Shown here piece after piece: positions 42,437 through 43,593 of a DNA stretch of 43,593 bases. The stretch is from the NCBI GenBank assembly GCA_021734945.1, contig JAIPIA010000002.1:1-43593 (forward strand). Reading direction: 5' to 3'. The first letter of the stretch is position 1, and each line of letters begins with the position of its first letter. The position numbers and the translations under genes are program-made. This stretch comes from Minisyncoccota bacterium. Lineage in GTDB: Bacteria > Patescibacteriota > Minisyncoccia > Phycocordibacterales > CAIZLB01. The notes under the pieces were generated by a model that worked only from the letters and a program-made list of their open reading frames with translations, did no database searches and was not told the origin of the DNA.

Positions 42437-43207
42437 TTACTTCTGTACTACATTTTTAACAAAGCCTGAAAATGCCTGCAATGTCTCAAGTGGAACGGCA
42501 AAGACAACAGTGTTCGATTGATCGGATGAGATGTCGTTTATAGATTGAAGTGTTCGTAGATGAAGTGCCCCAGGGACAGAAGAAAGCATACGCGCAGCTT
42601 CTGTCATATTGCTTGCGGCCGCAAGTTCACCTTCTGATGTAATAATCACCGCTCGTTTTTCTCGCTCTGCTTCAGCCTGCTTAGCAATAGTTCGTTCCAT
42701 ATTTTCAGGAAGCTTCACATCTTTGAGCTCTACACTTGAAACATCGAGACCCCACGAAGCAGAAACCACCTCTACTAACTTTTCTATACGATCAGCAACA
42801 TGGTCACGACTTGTAAGGAGCTCATCGAGAGTCACTTCACCCACAACATTTCTCATAGTCGTTTGAGCATACTGCATTACTGCGTGTTTAAAATCTTCTA
42901 TCTCAAGAATAGCTTTTTCAGCAGCAACAACTTTGTAGTAAATGACAGCATTCACATTTACAGGCACATTATCTTTTGTGATTGCATTTTGGTCAGGAAC
43001 ATCTACGGCTTTTGTACGTAGGTCAATTTTCTGGTATGTCTGAATCACCGGCCATACAAGTCTCCATCCAGGTTCCATCGTCTTGTAATATTTACCGAAC
43101 ATGAACTTTACACCTTTTTCATACTGATTTATCTGACGAATAGAAGTAACTGTGATAAAAGCGAGACCAGCAACGATAATAAATAAGATAGGTAAGATTA
43201 TAAGCAT
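42437..43207 (-). CDS. SPFH/band-7 (stomatin-like) protein
   Basis: It has VDVPDQNAITKDNVPVNVNAVIYYKV and an AEREKRA helix. The start is set at MLIILPILFIIVAG (ATG 43207). Confidence 0.88.
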   Translation of the reverse strand: MLIILPILFIIVAGLAFITVTSIRQINQYEKGVKFMFGKYYKTMEPGWRLVWPVIQTYQKIDLRTKAVDVPDQNAITKDNVPVNVNAVIYYKVVAAEKAILEIEDFKHAVMQYAQTTMRNVVGEVTLDELLTSRDHVADRIEKLVEVVSASWGLDVSSVELKDVKLPENMERTIAKQAEAEREKRAVIITSEGELAAASNMTEAARMLSSVPGALHLRTLQSINDISSDQSNTVVFAVPLETLQAFSGFVKNVVQK

Positions 43208-43211
43208 ATTT

Positions 43212-43593
43212 TTAAGGGTTATTTTTAGTATGTTCGAGATTAATAATATCATATTCAGCAAGTAAGACACCATATGCCTTATTCAAGGATTCGTCTTCTT
43301 GTAGACCTTTCTCCTTTCTCATGTGAATCTGAGACCCTACCTCTGCTATTTGTTTAAATATCATTTTTACATAATTTTCTTTAGACATTTTAACATGTAA
43401 AGTCTTTAAATGGTCTTCAAGACGTTCGACAGGAATCTTCTTATTTTTAAAAATTGAAAAAGCAACATGTAAACAAATTGCAGCAATAAATGCAATAGTA
43501 ATATATATGTAGATTTGCAGAGACTGATATTGAGGTATCTGTTTATACAGTAAATAAGACAACCCACATCCAATAACAAGCACAATAAATTGC
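43212..43593 (-). CDS. Hypothetical membrane protein upstream of the SPFH gene; N-terminus may lie beyond the right edge
   Basis: The frame stays open to the window end. Two hydrophobic segments are followed by a charged helix. Confidence 0.55.
   Translation of the reverse strand, partial: QFIVLVIGCGLSYLLYKQIPQYQSLQIYIYITIAFIAAICLHVAFSIFKNKKIPVERLEDHLKTLHVKMSKENYVKMIFKQIAEVGSQIHMRKEKGLQEDESLNKAYGVLLAEYDIINLEHTKNNP

Noticed and set aside
1-43593. Alternative genetic code (UGA=Gly, as in Gracilibacteria/Absconditabacteria), considered as an explanation for the ORF-less first 4 kb.
   Set aside because: All other genes give long uninterrupted standard-code ORFs with intact catalytic motifs. The 4-kb gap is explained by the edge-truncated minus-strand gene.
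1-43593. CRISPR arrays, tRNA, rRNA, tmRNA, integrase/transposase genes, known defence systems and biosynthetic clusters.
   Set aside because: I found no regularly spaced identical repeats outside coding repeats, no T-loop GGTTCGAATCC-like sequence in intergenic regions, and no recombinase, RT, nuclease-NTPase or core biosynthetic signatures in any translated ORF. This was a visual search only; cmscan or tRNAscan should confirm it.

Overview
Low-GC bacterial chromosome segment in the standard genetic code: long ORFs of 400-650 aa are uninterrupted, so there is no UGA recoding. I call 41 CDS, about 85% on the minus strand, with no rRNA, tRNA or CRISPR array. The gene content and style suggest a reduced Patescibacteria/CPR-like genome, but this is inference and I cannot run a taxonomic search. 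The supporting signs are many small membrane or secreted hypothetical proteins, S/T/P/G-rich low-complexity tails, and almost no Shine-Dalgarno sequences.

Recognisable genes:
- Cell wall and housekeeping: murF, two class-I SAM methyltransferases, an alpha/beta hydrolase, YtxH-like, DUF805 and EVE-domain proteins, a DUF45/YgjP-like metallopeptidase, an ABC-F ATPase, an M32 carboxypeptidase, dgkA.
- DNA and RNA: lexA, a DEAD-box helicase with a roughly 200-aa N-terminal G/S/R/Y-rich tract, a PIF1/RecD-like helicase.
- Redox: DoxX, a BaiN/HI0933-like flavoprotein, msrB, msrA, a DipZ-like CcdA-thioredoxin fusion.
- Transport and envelope: a heterodimeric ABC exporter pair, a UMF1-type MFS transporter, a META/eight-Cys protein, a DM13-Gmad2 protein, an SPFH protein.
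- Signalling: an XRE regulator plus membrane partner, a CdaA(DAC)-YbbR fusion, a DHH/DHHA1 phosphoesterase.

The largest gene is an NHL-like 18-blade beta-propeller surface protein (minus strand, 1..4051). It is absent from the supplied ORF track because it runs off the left edge without a stop codon.

Observations most worth follow-up:
1. Four compositionally foreign single-gene units (6736-7089, 15954-16256, 17247-17672, 19621-20115) are each wedged between ordinary genes, and all are followed by a GC-rich hairpin. Three have a sigma70-like promoter I could call; for 19621-20115 I found none. Two carry a strong SD that native genes lack. Two are followed by hairpins with nearly identical 5' arms that bracket the YgjP-like gene.
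2. A near-consensus SOS promoter has a GAAC-N4-GTTC box in its spacer and drives an unknown 78-aa ORF co-oriented with lexA.
3. A recurring TGnTAnnnT -10 element sits 5-12 nt upstream of ATG, implying widespread leaderless mRNAs.
4. Three perfect AAAGT..ACTTT palindromes occur in intergenic regions.

I found no convincing known defence system, prophage or biosynthetic cluster.
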